DNA from: Candidatus Woesearchaeota archaeon
Lineage (GTDB): Archaea > Nanobdellota > Nanobdellia > SCGC-AAA011-G17 > GW2011-AR18
Reading direction: 5' to 3'
Assembly (NCBI GenBank): GCA_964344975.1
Contig: CAYFPK010000003.1
Coordinates: 2,147-66,146 of the forward strand
Length of the DNA: 64,000 bases
A program made the translations under genes and the position numbers. Positions 17,792 through 28,493 of this stretch are shown piece by piece; positions within the stretch are counted from its first letter, which is position 1, and the number at the start of each line of letters is the position of its first letter. A model generated the notes under the pieces. The model made no database searches. It worked only from the letters and a program-made list of their open reading frames with translations, and was not told where the DNA came from.

Positions 17792-18974
17792 TACTATACA
17801 CCTCGTTTATTCTTATCATATGTTTTTTTATACTGAATTCTTCTTCTAATCTTCTTTTACTATTTTGTGCTAGCTCTTTATACTTCTCTTTTTCTTGTAA
17901 TGCTTTACTAATTGTTTGTGCTAACTCTTGTGTGTTTGTTGGTTCAACGGTGTAACCTGTTTTGCCGTCTACGACTAAATCAGGAATGCCACCTATGTTT
18001 GATCCTATCACGGGGCGTGATGCTGCCATGGCTTCATAAATGATGAATGGAGAGTTTTCCATCCAGATGCTGGGCATAATGACTAATTTTGTTTCTTCGT
18101 ATCTTTTGTTCATGTCTTTATGGGGCACTCTGCCGTAACATTCTACGTGGTCTTGTATGTGTAGTTTTTTTACCTTTTCTTTAATGGTGTCTAAGTAATT
18201 TCCGTCCCCTGTAATTTTTAGTTGCACGTCAGGGATTGTTTTTATTATCTCTGGCATGGCGTCAATTAAGTATTGCACGCCTTTGTTTTCAATGACTGCC
18301 CCTAAGTATGCAATGATGTTTTTCTCATCTGTGTTGATTTCTTGTGGCATGACGTTGCTTTCATAAAAGTGTGGGATGTGTAGTACGTTTTTAAATTTGT
18401 GTGCTAGGTAATACTCTTGTAATTTTTTGCTTGGACAAATGTAGGTGTGTATGACTTCTCTTGTTTTTGCAATTCTTTTTTTGTTTCTAATGTATGTTGC
18501 TGCAAAGTGTTCAGCTTTAATACATCCTGATGTGATACATTTTGGTGCTATGCCTTCAACTGCGTCACAAATTTTTAATGTTCTTTTGTAGACGGACCAG
18601 GCTGTTGGACAAATCATGCCCCAGTCGTGTACCGTTTGTACCTTTGGTGCGTTTGTTGTTTGGCACGCGTCTAAAACGGCTGTTGTGTACAGGTAGTTGT
18701 TATGGATATGGATAATGTCTGGATTTATTTCTTTAATGTAATTTTTTAATGTTTCATATGTCTTTTTGCTATACGTAAACTTTTCAATTTTTGCTTTTAC
18801 CTCTTTTTGATCTTGCTTGATAATTAAACGATCTGGAAGCTTTTTTTCTTCTGTGCCAAAGCCGTAAAAGAATACTTCTTTACCTTCTTTTTCCAGCAAT
18901 TTTTTTATCTCAAAGATGTAGGTTTCGGCCCCTCCGACCTCCCTGCAAGAATCATTTATAATGAGAATCCTCAT
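17772..18974 (-). CDS. Glycosyltransferase family 4 (GT-B fold, Glycos_transf_1)
   Basis: C-terminal GT4 signature (...ETKLVIMPSIWMENSPFIIYEAMAASRPVIGSNIGGIPDLV...). 400 aa. Confidence 0.85.
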   Translation of the reverse strand: MRILIINDSCREVGGAETYIFEIKKLLEKEGKEVFFYGFGTEEKKLPDRLIIKQDQKEVKAKIEKFTYSKKTYETLKNYIKEINPDIIHIHNNYLYTTAVLDACQTTNAPKVQTVHDWGMICPTAWSVYKRTLKICDAVEGIAPKCITSGCIKAEHFAATYIRNKKRIAKTREVIHTYICPSKKLQEYYLAHKFKNVLHIPHFYESNVMPQEINTDEKNIIAYLGAVIENKGVQYLIDAMPEIIKTIPDVQLKITGDGNYLDTIKEKVKKLHIQDHVECYGRVPHKDMNKRYEETKLVIMPSIWMENSPFIIYEAMAASRPVIGSNIGGIPDLVVDGKTGYTVEPTNTQELAQTISKALQEKEKYKELAQNSKRRLEEEFSIKKHMIRINEVYSNATKGN

Positions 18975-18980
18975 ATTTTT

Positions 18981-19676
18981 GTGCCCTTTGCCAAACTATT
19001 TAAACATATGCGTTTGCGCGTTTGTATGCAATATTTAGACTATTCCTATAGTAAAAAAGATGCTGCTTTTCACCGTGCGAAGATGCGTTCTTTGGCGGCA
19101 TTCGTGCCTGCTGGGGCTACTGTTTTAGATCTTGGGTCTTTACATGGGGAGCTTGGTGCTGCTCTTGTGCGGCGAGATGTTACTTATTGTGGCCTTGACA
19201 ATGATGCTGATTTAGTTGCGTCTTGTGTTAGTCGTGGTCTTAACGTGAAGCTGTGTGACATTGGTGTTGATAAAATTCCCTTTAAGCAAAAATTTGATTA
19301 TGTGTTTGCCCTAGATGTGCTTGAACATGTGCATAATCCGTATGTTGCTGTTGAAAAATTATCTTCTGTGCTTAAGGAGAACGGTAAATTGATTATTTCT
19401 TTACCGAATGATTTTCATTTACTTAATCGGTTACGGTTTGCTGTAGGTTCTGCCATATATCCAAACCCGTTTTCTCCGTATACACATTTACATACCTTTA
19501 CTGTTGCTCAAGCTAAAAAATTTTTGCGTAAGAATAAATTACGTGTGGTCAAAACTGATGTCTACCCGGGTACGTTTCCTTCCTTTGTTTCTTACAATTT
19601 TCGTCGTTGGGTTGCTCGGCTTTGGCCGGCTGTTCTTGGGCGTGGTACCGTGTATGTTTGTGAGGTCTTGCGATGA
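18981..19676 (+). CDS. Class I SAM-dependent methyltransferase
   Basis: Motif I region (ATVLDLGSLHGELGA) plus ...FDYVFALDVLEHVHNP...NGKLIISLPN. Stop overlaps the downstream GT2 start. Confidence 0.65.
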   Translation: MPFAKLFKHMRLRVCMQYLDYSYSKKDAAFHRAKMRSLAAFVPAGATVLDLGSLHGELGAALVRRDVTYCGLDNDADLVASCVSRGLNVKLCDIGVDKIPFKQKFDYVFALDVLEHVHNPYVAVEKLSSVLKENGKLIISLPNDFHLLNRLRFAVGSAIYPNPFSPYTHLHTFTVAQAKKFLRKNKLRVVKTDVYPGTFPSFVSYNFRRWVARLWPAVLGRGTVYVCEVLR

Positions 19677-20554
19677 AGGTTGTTATCACTATTCCTGCAT
19701 ATAATGAAGAAAAGACTATCGGTAAGGTGTTAGATGAAATTACTCGGGTTATGGATACAACTGCTTATACCTATGAACTGTTAGTTGTTAATGACGGTTC
19801 AGTCGATGCTACTGCTGCAGTTGCCAATGCGCATGGAGCGCGAGTTGTTTCACATCCTCGTAACTGTGGTTTAGCGTATACGTTTCACACAGAGATGCGT
19901 GAGTGTCTTGCTTTAGATGCAGATATTATTGTGCACACAGACGCTGATGGGCAGTATGATTCTCGTTACATTCCTTCATTAATTTTGGCTGTTGAGCGTG
20001 GCGCTGATCTTGCTTTAGGTTCTCGTTTCAAGGGTCGTATTCGTGGTATGCCTTTGATGAATCGTTTAGGTAATCGTGCGTTTGCTTTTGTGTTTTCTCA
20101 CCTCTTGGATCAAAAAATTACTGATACGACAACAGGGTTTCGCGCCTTTACTGCTGAAGTTGCAACTGACATTCCTATCACCAACACGTTTACCTATACG
20201 CAAGAGCAATTGATTCATGCTGCTAAGCGTCGTTACAACGTTGTGGAAGTGCCTATAGCTACACGGAAAACTCGGCCGAGTCGGTTGTTTAAGAGTCCGC
20301 TACGTTATGCCTTTAAAGCCTGGATTAACATTTTACGTATTTACCGTGATTATGATCCAGTGAAGTTTTTTGGTAGCTTTGGTTTAGGGTTCTTTGGTGT
20401 GGGTTTTGTTTTGGGACTTTGGTTGTTAGGTCTTTTTGTTCTGGAAGGAAAAATTGGTCATTATCCAAGCATTGTTTTATCTGCTCTTTTGATGATTGTT
20501 GGCTTGCAAATTTTGCTTTTTGGTTTTTTGGCGGATATGTTTCGTAAAGACTAA
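19673..20554 (+). CDS. GT2 polyprenol-phosphate sugar synthase (Dpm1/AglD-like) with C-terminal TM helices
   Basis: VVITIPAYNEE..., LLVVNDGSVD, ...HTDADGQYD... and the ...TDTTTGFRAF... acceptor loop. Two C-terminal transmembrane helices. Confidence 0.8.
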   Translation: MKVVITIPAYNEEKTIGKVLDEITRVMDTTAYTYELLVVNDGSVDATAAVANAHGARVVSHPRNCGLAYTFHTEMRECLALDADIIVHTDADGQYDSRYIPSLILAVERGADLALGSRFKGRIRGMPLMNRLGNRAFAFVFSHLLDQKITDTTTGFRAFTAEVATDIPITNTFTYTQEQLIHAAKRRYNVVEVPIATRKTRPSRLFKSPLRYAFKAWINILRIYRDYDPVKFFGSFGLGFFGVGFVLGLWLLGLFVLEGKIGHYPSIVLSALLMIVGLQILLFGFLADMFRKD

Positions 20555-20585
20555 CTTTAAATAGCTCTTTTTATGAATTTATTCT

Positions 20586-21050
20586 ATGAAGTTCGTGTTG
20601 CTTATTTTGCTTGTTTTGTTTGTTGGATGTAGCTCTGCTTCTTTACCTGAAGCAGAACTTGTTGAAGTTGTCCCGGAGCCAGGGATTGCCCCTGAACTTC
20701 TTGTTGAGGATGTTCCTTTTGCTCTGCCAGATGAAGATCTTAGCTTGCGTATCAATTCTGCTTATGATTTGTTGCATGGTGAGGGCTCTGCTAGTCTTGT
20801 TCGTGCAGATTTTCCTGATTTAGAATTGGTCTATACGGACGATGGTGCTGATTGTTCCTTCTGTCCTGCTGAGATTTTACCTTTCAAATATTATTATAGT
20901 GAAGAGGCTGATATGACGTTTAACTTATGTAATGTTGACCGCTCTGTCTTTATCTGTGCTGGGCGTATGGAGAATAAAATAACCCGTGAAGATGTGTTAA
21001 GTGGCCGTTGTGAGGTTACTCCTATCTACCGCTTGAGTCTTGGTGTGTAG
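20586..21050 (+). CDS. Putative lipoprotein / secreted acidic protein
   Basis: Signal peptide with lipobox-like LFVGC|SS. Acidic mature part. No known domain. Confidence 0.4.
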   Translation: MKFVLLILLVLFVGCSSASLPEAELVEVVPEPGIAPELLVEDVPFALPDEDLSLRINSAYDLLHGEGSASLVRADFPDLELVYTDDGADCSFCPAEILPFKYYYSEEADMTFNLCNVDRSVFICAGRMENKITREDVLSGRCEVTPIYRLSLGV

Positions 21051-21060
21051 TAACCTTTAA

Positions 21061-21777
21061 ATGTGGTTTGCTTATGCTCAACGTATGTTTGTCTCAATCA
21101 TTGTTCCTACCTATAATGAAGCGGGTAATGTGCCTGAGCTAGTTGCACAGATTAAGGCTGCTATGGGTGATACGCCCTATGAGGTGATTATTGCTGATGA
21201 TGACTCACCTGATCGTACTTGGGAAGTTGCAGAAAACTTAGGCGCGCCTGTGCGGGTGTTACGTCGCCAGAACTGTATACGTGGTTTAGCTCCGGCGGTT
21301 GTTGATGGGTTTAAGATCGCTAAGGGTGATATTTTAGGTGTTATTGATGCTGATTTACAACACCCTCCTGCTCGTATACCTGATTTAGTTGCTGCTGTTG
21401 CTAGTGGTGCTGATATTGCTGTAGGTTCGCGTATGGCGCCGGGTGGATCTGTTGAAGGTTGGCCGAATCATCGCAAATTAACCTCGTATTGTGCTACGCT
21501 TATTTCAAAACCTATTACGTCAGTCAAAGATCCTATGGCTGGTTATTTCTTTTTGAAAAAGCAAGTTGTTGATGGTATTTCGCTTTCTCCTCGTGGCTAT
21601 AAAATTCTTCTTGAAATTCTTGGTCGTTGTTCCTATGATAGCGTTGTTGAAATTGGTATCGTGTTTCGTGATCGTTCTGTCGGTGGGTCTAAATTAAACT
21701 GGAAAGTTCAGGTAGAGTACTTGCAGCAGGTGCTTACTCTTTATGGTGCTAAGTTGCGTACAAACAAAAAGAAGTAG
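21061..21777 (+). CDS. GT2 dolichol/polyprenol-phosphate mannose synthase-like
   Basis: VSIIVPTYNE, IIADDDSPD and the DADLQHPP motif characteristic of Dpm1-type synthases. An alternative start lies at 21085. Confidence 0.8.
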   Translation: MWFAYAQRMFVSIIVPTYNEAGNVPELVAQIKAAMGDTPYEVIIADDDSPDRTWEVAENLGAPVRVLRRQNCIRGLAPAVVDGFKIAKGDILGVIDADLQHPPARIPDLVAAVASGADIAVGSRMAPGGSVEGWPNHRKLTSYCATLISKPITSVKDPMAGYFFLKKQVVDGISLSPRGYKILLEILGRCSYDSVVEIGIVFRDRSVGGSKLNWKVQVEYLQQVLTLYGAKLRTNKKK

Positions 21778-23194
21778 TTTCTTTTTTTAGCTGGTATCCG
21801 CAGATATGTAAGCTCTCACATTGTGCTTGAGGGGCGATTATTTCTTGTGTCGTTGATCTTGCAAAACCCTGCTCAATAAGTGTACAATTGCCTGTCTGTG
21901 TGCCTATGGTGAGTTCTGCTGTAGCTAACTCAATATATGGTTCTCGGTACTGATACACCCAGCCTTCATGGGTTGAGATGTTGTTATAAATTGCTCCGTA
22001 GGAATAGATCGCACCTTCGTAGCTGGTTGGATGGCTTACAATTGCTAATTTACCGTCAACGTGATTGAGTAACTCTAAGGTTTCAGTGTCCTCAATTGTA
22101 TGCCCTGGAATTGGTGGAATTAATGTTACCGTTGCAATGACACATAGTATTCCTGTTGTGATGAGTGCTGCAGGGATGTATTTTCTTATACTTCTTGGGT
22201 GGGTTGTCTGTACAAATAAGTTTGTTGCAAGTAAAATGAAAAAGATGTTATAGGTGTCTGGCTGGATTGTGCTTAACCCAGGTATTATAATGATAATTCT
22301 TGTCAGGACTAAGATTGCTATTATTGTTGGTAAACTGTACATGATTAATCGTTGTTTATGTCTGGTGTGTAATGCGTAGTGGTAGACTGCAATGATGAGT
22401 ATTAACGGTGTGATTATGGTGGTAATAACGTCTGGTAAAGAATTTCTTGTTAATTCGATGGTTTTTAACATTTCGACGTATTGGGTGATGTTTGCTGAAT
22501 TGGCTAAAAATGGTTTCCACCAGAAGGCTGTTGCTGCTAGCGCTATGAGTGTACTTACCGCTGCTGCCACTTTATCTTTATTATTTTGTGCTAGCCAGAA
22601 ACTTGCAATAAGTATTGAGATTACTAGTGCGACTGCCGGATGTGACAGGATTGTTGCTGCGTAACATATGGTGAAGAGTATGTAGAAACTTATTGGTTTT
22701 TCTTTGTCTATGTAATGATCCAGCAGTAAAAAAACGGCTAACCCCGCAACCCATGCGGTAAGTTCAGGATAGCGTCCAATGCGGATGAAGTTGCCTAGTG
22801 CAAGCGGATTGGCAAAGGTGAACGTGAATAATGCTAACTTTTGTGTTGTGCTCCACTTTTTTTTACTGTGCCAGATAAGGCCTGCTGCAATGCATACTAA
22901 TGCACACATGCTTGCAAGGGTTGCTAACTCAACATTATTGAGTATGTACAAAAAAGGTAGTGCAACATAAAACCAGCCTGGGGGATATCGTGCGAACATT
23001 TCAAAACCGTTGTACCAGTGTGGAATAACGTCGTTGTAGCTGTACTCTTGAATTAAATGTAGCTTTGCCATGTGGCTGGACATGTCGTTGTTAAAGCCCA
23101 GTGGAAACTCTGTGAGAATTGCTGTTTGTGTATATACTTGAAAGAGAAGTAGACAGAGTAAAATTGTGCTGGTTATCTGTAACGTTTTTTTCAT
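21749..23194 (-). CDS. Polytopic membrane protein, putative GT-C-fold glycosyltransferase
   Basis: About 11 predicted TM helices, with an early loop carrying D/H/K/W/Y residues (FNNDMSSHMAKLHLIQEY...YPPGWFY) and a C-terminal soluble domain. Sits in the glycosylation locus. Confidence 0.4.
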   Translation of the reverse strand: MKKTLQITSTILLCLLLFQVYTQTAILTEFPLGFNNDMSSHMAKLHLIQEYSYNDVIPHWYNGFEMFARYPPGWFYVALPFLYILNNVELATLASMCALVCIAAGLIWHSKKKWSTTQKLALFTFTFANPLALGNFIRIGRYPELTAWVAGLAVFLLLDHYIDKEKPISFYILFTICYAATILSHPAVALVISILIASFWLAQNNKDKVAAAVSTLIALAATAFWWKPFLANSANITQYVEMLKTIELTRNSLPDVITTIITPLILIIAVYHYALHTRHKQRLIMYSLPTIIAILVLTRIIIIIPGLSTIQPDTYNIFFILLATNLFVQTTHPRSIRKYIPAALITTGILCVIATVTLIPPIPGHTIEDTETLELLNHVDGKLAIVSHPTSYEGAIYSYGAIYNNISTHEGWVYQYREPYIELATAELTIGTQTGNCTLIEQGFARSTTQEIIAPQAQCESLHICGYQLKKETTSFCLYAT

Positions 23195-23232
23195 AGCTTT
23201 GTTGCATTACATCGGTTTAAATGTTTTTGCAC

Positions 23233-25878
23233 TTAGACTTCTTGTACGTTTGCATCTGGAAGCTCAGTTGCACGGTACATTGGTATGTCTTGGATATCGT
23301 CTGGGTAAGTTACTTCCCATATTTTAAGTGGACCCATTGCATTTCCTCTGATGTTTGCTATAGGTATCTCTATTTCGTCTGAATAAACCTTTTTGAAATT
23401 CTCTGTTTCTTTGTTAAGCAGGTAAAGCTTTGTGAAATGTGAAGCGTATACTTTTTCTGGAATGTACAGTGCAGTTCCTATTGGGTTTAATTGTTGTGTT
23501 ACTCTTGGTATGATGAATACACACCCCTTTAGTCCTTGCTTTATATTGAATCGTTTTTCTTCTCCGTTGATGTAGATGCAATCGATGGGCATGTCTATAC
23601 GTTGCTTGTTATATACTGTTCCGGCTGTTGGTGCTTTTGTAACTATGATTGCTGTGTTGTTCTTGTTGTCTGTTACTCTTTGCGTTTCAATGAAAATTGC
23701 TTCTACACTAACTTCCCCTTTTGGATATGTTGTTCTTTTGTAGGGGATGTCTGCGTCTGAAATCCATTGGCCAAGATATGTTAATACAAAACCGTCGTCG
23801 GTCTCTGTTGTCATTTCTTGTTTAAGGTTAAAACCCTGTATGTATGATCTTCGATCATAATTGGCGTCTGATCCAATTGCAGAATATGCGCCGTATTTGC
23901 CAATGTCCTCTGCTACCATCAGTATATGTGTTACCTCGTTTGCATACAGAAACTCTAATGTTTTTTTGTCATCTGTTTCTGTGAGTAAGTGTCTGCCTGT
24001 AAAATAGTTTATTGCACCTCGCGCGTTACCTCCGTCGGAGATGGTTGCTCTTCTTGCTCCAGTCTGCACCAGGTACCCGTAGTCCCACCAGTGGGCAAAG
24101 ACTGCATCTTCAGGTGTGTTGTGCTGCACCCAGTCCATTGCCTTTTGCCATTGTACGGTGTATTTTGATCCTATATTTTCTGCATTGTTCATTGCTGCTG
24201 TGCTAAATGCTAACGTTGTTGAAAATAGCAGATATATGGCTGCAGTGATCACTACTATTCTTATTGCTCTTTTTTGTTGCTTTTTTGCCCAGCTAAGTGT
24301 TGTTGTGCATGCGTATGCGCCAAATATTGCTGTAACTGGCGCTAAAAAGAAAATTAACCTGACTGCAGTTCTTGCTCCTGCTAGGCCAAGTATAAGCCAA
24401 ATGAGTAGAAAAGGATACATTTTGTTTATCTTGAGGATCTCTTTGTAGATCTCTGGCTTTTTCTTGAAACAGTACACGTAGTAGCCAATTGCTCCTAGTA
24501 GTAATACTGCGATTGATCCTACGTAAAGCACTGTTGCTATGCTACTTTCTCCGTTAAGTATTTTTGCTGTTGAGCTGTACCTGTTGAAAATGAATGCTGC
24601 TAAACAAACCGTAAATGCTGCTGTTAGCTGTTTTTGGTGTTCTTTAATTGGTTTAACCATGTGGTAAAAAAGCATAACTATCCCTGCAAAGCATATGGCT
24701 AGAAACTCTTTGGTAAAACTTGTGAACCATTCAGTTACGTATGGTTGTCTGGACTCCTCCACTGTTAAAATCCATCTGCTTGCTGCTGTGTTGTTGAACA
24801 TATTGTAGAATTGTTGTATTTTTTGCATTAAAAAATCAGGACCAAGCCAAATGGTAACAAAGATTGCTCCTGTTGCTGCTGCTAGAATGATGCTGAGTAT
24901 ACCTTGGGGTATTTTGTTTTTTAGTACTGTTATTTCTTTTTTTTGTAACGTGTATCTTATTATTCCAGCAGCGAGGGCTAACAACATCATTTGTCCTGCA
25001 ACTGAAGTTATCATATTGTATTGGCCGAAAAAGAAGTACTTTGAATAGGGATAAATAAATTGGAAAAAGATTAAGAAAGTTGTGAACCATGCTATGTATG
25101 TGTATAACTCGTTGTTGGAAAATTTATCTAAGATAATTTCAATGAGTACATACCCTGTATAGATTATCAATAAAAACTTTACACCGCCCCATGTTAAGGC
25201 CATCGCTATTGTTGCTGCTGCAAGAAGGATTCCTAGGTAAACTGAGTTTGTTGTTGTTTTTTGTTGCCAACTTTTTGTTATGAGGTATGTTGCTATAAAA
25301 AAGAATACTGTGCTAAGCGCTTCTTTATCAGTGACACCTGCCATGGTACGAAAAATGAATGCAGGTAGTGTTGCTAAAAGTCCTGTCGCTATGAGTGCTG
25401 TTTTCTTGCCTAATAGCTCTTTTATTGTTAAGTAAAAAAAGAATCCGCTTATTACAAATCCTACTGCGGGAAATATTACTGCTGCGTATTCTACGGTTAT
25501 TTTGTCATTGAAAAAGTGTAATATATGGTAAAATTTTGCCACAATGTGTGGAAAAAAGGTAAACTCTGGGCCGGGTGTGAATCCGATTGGATGGTACCTT
25601 AATGCATCATTGACCATCATTTGCCCGTGTTCGGCTACATGCTGAATGTAGCGTAAAAAACCTGTTGCATCTGGGTCGGCCATGATGAATTTACCAGTGA
25701 CTTTATCTTTGAGTAAATGTAAATTGCTTGTTCGTATCTTGTAGCCGAACCAAAGAATTATTCCTAGTAAAAAATATTCAAGATGTTTCTTTTTATTTTT
25801 TTTTGGTTTTTCTTGTATCTTTTCTTTGTTGGAAGGTCCCAGTGAATATTCGAATGAATATTTTTTTTCTTGTGTCAT
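23233..25878 (-). CDS. aglB: Oligosaccharyltransferase AglB/STT3 family, paralog 1
   Basis: 881 aa. N-terminal multi-TM domain with ...MADPDATGFLRY... and the invariant WWDYGY motif followed by ...DGGNAR.... Large C-terminal periplasmic domain. Confidence 0.85.
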   Translation of the reverse strand: MTQEKKYSFEYSLGPSNKEKIQEKPKKNKKKHLEYFLLGIILWFGYKIRTSNLHLLKDKVTGKFIMADPDATGFLRYIQHVAEHGQMMVNDALRYHPIGFTPGPEFTFFPHIVAKFYHILHFFNDKITVEYAAVIFPAVGFVISGFFFYLTIKELLGKKTALIATGLLATLPAFIFRTMAGVTDKEALSTVFFFIATYLITKSWQQKTTTNSVYLGILLAAATIAMALTWGGVKFLLIIYTGYVLIEIILDKFSNNELYTYIAWFTTFLIFFQFIYPYSKYFFFGQYNMITSVAGQMMLLALAAGIIRYTLQKKEITVLKNKIPQGILSIILAAATGAIFVTIWLGPDFLMQKIQQFYNMFNNTAASRWILTVEESRQPYVTEWFTSFTKEFLAICFAGIVMLFYHMVKPIKEHQKQLTAAFTVCLAAFIFNRYSSTAKILNGESSIATVLYVGSIAVLLLGAIGYYVYCFKKKPEIYKEILKINKMYPFLLIWLILGLAGARTAVRLIFFLAPVTAIFGAYACTTTLSWAKKQQKRAIRIVVITAAIYLLFSTTLAFSTAAMNNAENIGSKYTVQWQKAMDWVQHNTPEDAVFAHWWDYGYLVQTGARRATISDGGNARGAINYFTGRHLLTETDDKKTLEFLYANEVTHILMVAEDIGKYGAYSAIGSDANYDRRSYIQGFNLKQEMTTETDDGFVLTYLGQWISDADIPYKRTTYPKGEVSVEAIFIETQRVTDNKNNTAIIVTKAPTAGTVYNKQRIDMPIDCIYINGEEKRFNIKQGLKGCVFIIPRVTQQLNPIGTALYIPEKVYASHFTKLYLLNKETENFKKVYSDEIEIPIANIRGNAMGPLKIWEVTYPDDIQDIPMYRATELPDANVQEV

Positions 25879-28493
25879 ACTTTATCTACACCCTCTGGAA
25901 GGGTTTGTTCACGGTACAAAGGAATGTCCTCTATATCGTTTGGATAGGTCACTTCCCAAATTTTTAGTGGGCCAATGAATCTTCCTTGATAATATGCTAT
26001 AGGTACTTCGTTTTGGTCTGAGTACACCGTTTTGAAGTTTTCTGTTTGATCACCTAACAGGTAAAGTCTTGCCATACGTGATTCGTACACCCTGCGTGAA
26101 AGATAAAATGATGTGCCAATTGGGTTTACTTGGTTGCCGTTTGCAATGTTTGGCATGATGTATAAGCATCCTTGATGGCCATCTTCAATGTTGAATACTA
26201 TTTCTTGGCCGTTGATAAAAATACATTTTATAGGGATGTTTGTTTGTTTACCTTGGAAAACGGTTGCCGCTGTAGGTGGTTCTGTGATTCCTATGCCTAA
26301 AGTTCCATCTTCGTTTGGTACCATTTGTGCTTTTACAAAAATTCCGCCAATCCCCGCTTGGCCCTGTGGGTATACTTGTCCTTGGTAGCTGAAGTCTTCG
26401 TCTGAACCCCATGTACCCATGTACGTGTATACGACACTGTCTCGGGTTTCTTGCGTTTTTGATGGGTCTAGTGAAAATGTAGCAATGTATGATCTTCGAT
26501 CGTAATTAACGTCTGAGCCTATACTTGAATATGCACCGTATTTGCCTATGTCTGTGGGGTCAATTAAGACGTGCGTTACTTTGTTAGCGTACAAGAAATC
26601 TAATGCATCTTTGTAATCTGTTGCTGTGAGTAAGTATCTTCCCGTATAATAGTTTATAGCACTTCTTGCGTTACCACCGTCGGAAATAGTTGCGCGGTTA
26701 CCTCCTGTCTGCACATAGTAGCCGTAATCCCACCAGTGGGCAAAGACTGCATCTTCTGGGGTGTTGTGTTGTGTCCAGTCCATTGCCTTTTGCCATTGGA
26801 GGTTGTATCCTGCTCCAATGCTTTGCCCTTGGGCGATGACCCCTTGACTGAATCCGCTGAGTGTGCTGAATAGGATAAATAAGGTTATTGCCATGCCGCC
26901 AAACTTTATTATCTTTTTTTCTTGTGTTTGTACCCATCTTAATGCTGATGTGAATGTGTATGCGCTTACAAGCGCAACAATGGGTGCGAAAAAGAAAATC
27001 ATACGTATTGCTGTTCTTGCGCCGGTGAGTGCTATAATTACCCATATGAGTAAAAACGTATATCTTTTATCTATACTGAGAATTTCTTTGAAAATGTTTG
27101 GTTTGTTTTTAAAACTGTATAAGTAATACACCATTACTCCGCCTAGGAACAGAAGTAATGATCCTGCGTAGAGTCCCATCGCTAAATTACTTTGTCCGTC
27201 AAGTACCGTGCCTGCTTTATGTCTGCTAAACGTGAATGCCAATATGAATGCCATGAAACCGCTTGTTAAATGCCATTTGTGTTCTTTAATTGGTTTGATC
27301 ATGTTGTAGAACAGTATGCCTGTTCCCGCAAAGAAAATGTAGATGAGTTTTTTGCTAAATTGTCCGTACCAATCAACGACATATGGTTGATGAGATTCTG
27401 CTACTGTTAAAATCCATCTGCTTGTTGGAACATTGTTGAATAATACATAGAGTTGTTGCGCTTTTTCTACAATTAAGTGTGGGCCTTGCCAAATGCTTAC
27501 TGCCAGGGCTCCTGCTGCAGCTGCAGCACATATGCTAAACAGGCCTGGTGGGAGTTTTGTTTCGGTGAGTTTTCTTAAATGGCCTATATCATATTTGTGA
27601 ATTAGGAACCTGATTGTGCTTGCTATAAGGGCGAGCAAGATTGCTGCTTCCATTACGGTTACTGCTACCTCTAGAATTTGTAATTTTGGATAGGGGTAGA
27701 TTATGTGGTAGGTGATAATGAGCGTTATGACCCATGTTGCATAGCTGTAAAAGTTATATTCGTTAAATTTGTCTAGGGCGATTTCAGCGAGTACGAATCC
27801 AGCAACTATTAAGTACAAAAAGTTTACTCCGCCCCACGCAAGGCCCATGCCTATGGTTGCTAATGCTGTGAGGAATCCGAAGAGAATTGCTTTTCGTGTT
27901 GTTTTTTGTTTCCAGCTTTTTATAAATAAGTAGGTAGTTATAAAGAAGAACATGATTCCTAATGCTTCTTTGTCTGAGACACCTGCCATGGTTCTAAATA
28001 AAAAACCTGGAACGATGGTCAGTAATGCTGATGCGAGTAGTGCTGTTTTTTTGTCTAAAAGTTCTTTTGTGGTTAAATAGAAAAAGAAAATTCCTATCGT
28101 GAATGCAACTGCTGGGTATATCACAGCTGCGTATTCTACGGTTATTTTATCGTTGAAAAAATGGAGCACGTGGTACAGTTTTGCCATCACGTGCGAGAGA
28201 AAAGTGAACTCTGGGTTGGGGTTGAATCCGATGGGGTGGTATCTTAAGATATCATTGGCCATCATTTGCCCGTGTTCTGCGACATACCTTGCGTATCTTA
28301 GAAATGCTGTTGCGTCTGGGTCGGCCATGATGAACTTGCCGGTTATTTGATCTTTGAGTAGGTGCAGATTACTTGTTCGTACCTTGTAGCCGAACCACAG
28401 GATTAATCCTAAGAGTACATATTCTAGGTGGGCTTTGTTTTTTGTGAAAAATTCTTTGATGGATTCGGTCCTTTGCTTGACTTCGTTGGACAT
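25875..28493 (-). CDS. aglB: Oligosaccharyltransferase AglB/STT3 family, paralog 2
   Basis: 872 aa, collinear with paralog 1 (MADPDATAFLRY, WWDYGYYVQTGGNRATISDGGNAR). A 4-nt overlap joins the two paralogs. Confidence 0.85.
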   Translation of the reverse strand: MSNEVKQRTESIKEFFTKNKAHLEYVLLGLILWFGYKVRTSNLHLLKDQITGKFIMADPDATAFLRYARYVAEHGQMMANDILRYHPIGFNPNPEFTFLSHVMAKLYHVLHFFNDKITVEYAAVIYPAVAFTIGIFFFYLTTKELLDKKTALLASALLTIVPGFLFRTMAGVSDKEALGIMFFFITTYLFIKSWKQKTTRKAILFGFLTALATIGMGLAWGGVNFLYLIVAGFVLAEIALDKFNEYNFYSYATWVITLIITYHIIYPYPKLQILEVAVTVMEAAILLALIASTIRFLIHKYDIGHLRKLTETKLPPGLFSICAAAAAGALAVSIWQGPHLIVEKAQQLYVLFNNVPTSRWILTVAESHQPYVVDWYGQFSKKLIYIFFAGTGILFYNMIKPIKEHKWHLTSGFMAFILAFTFSRHKAGTVLDGQSNLAMGLYAGSLLLFLGGVMVYYLYSFKNKPNIFKEILSIDKRYTFLLIWVIIALTGARTAIRMIFFFAPIVALVSAYTFTSALRWVQTQEKKIIKFGGMAITLFILFSTLSGFSQGVIAQGQSIGAGYNLQWQKAMDWTQHNTPEDAVFAHWWDYGYYVQTGGNRATISDGGNARSAINYYTGRYLLTATDYKDALDFLYANKVTHVLIDPTDIGKYGAYSSIGSDVNYDRRSYIATFSLDPSKTQETRDSVVYTYMGTWGSDEDFSYQGQVYPQGQAGIGGIFVKAQMVPNEDGTLGIGITEPPTAATVFQGKQTNIPIKCIFINGQEIVFNIEDGHQGCLYIMPNIANGNQVNPIGTSFYLSRRVYESRMARLYLLGDQTENFKTVYSDQNEVPIAYYQGRFIGPLKIWEVTYPNDIEDIPLYREQTLPEGVDKV

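Noticed and set aside
23233-28493. Possibility that the two AglB copies are an assembly duplication
   Set aside because: The two proteins differ throughout, in both the N-terminal segments and the C-terminal domains, and their lengths differ (881 vs 872 aa). They are true diverged paralogs, not a collapsed or expanded repeat.
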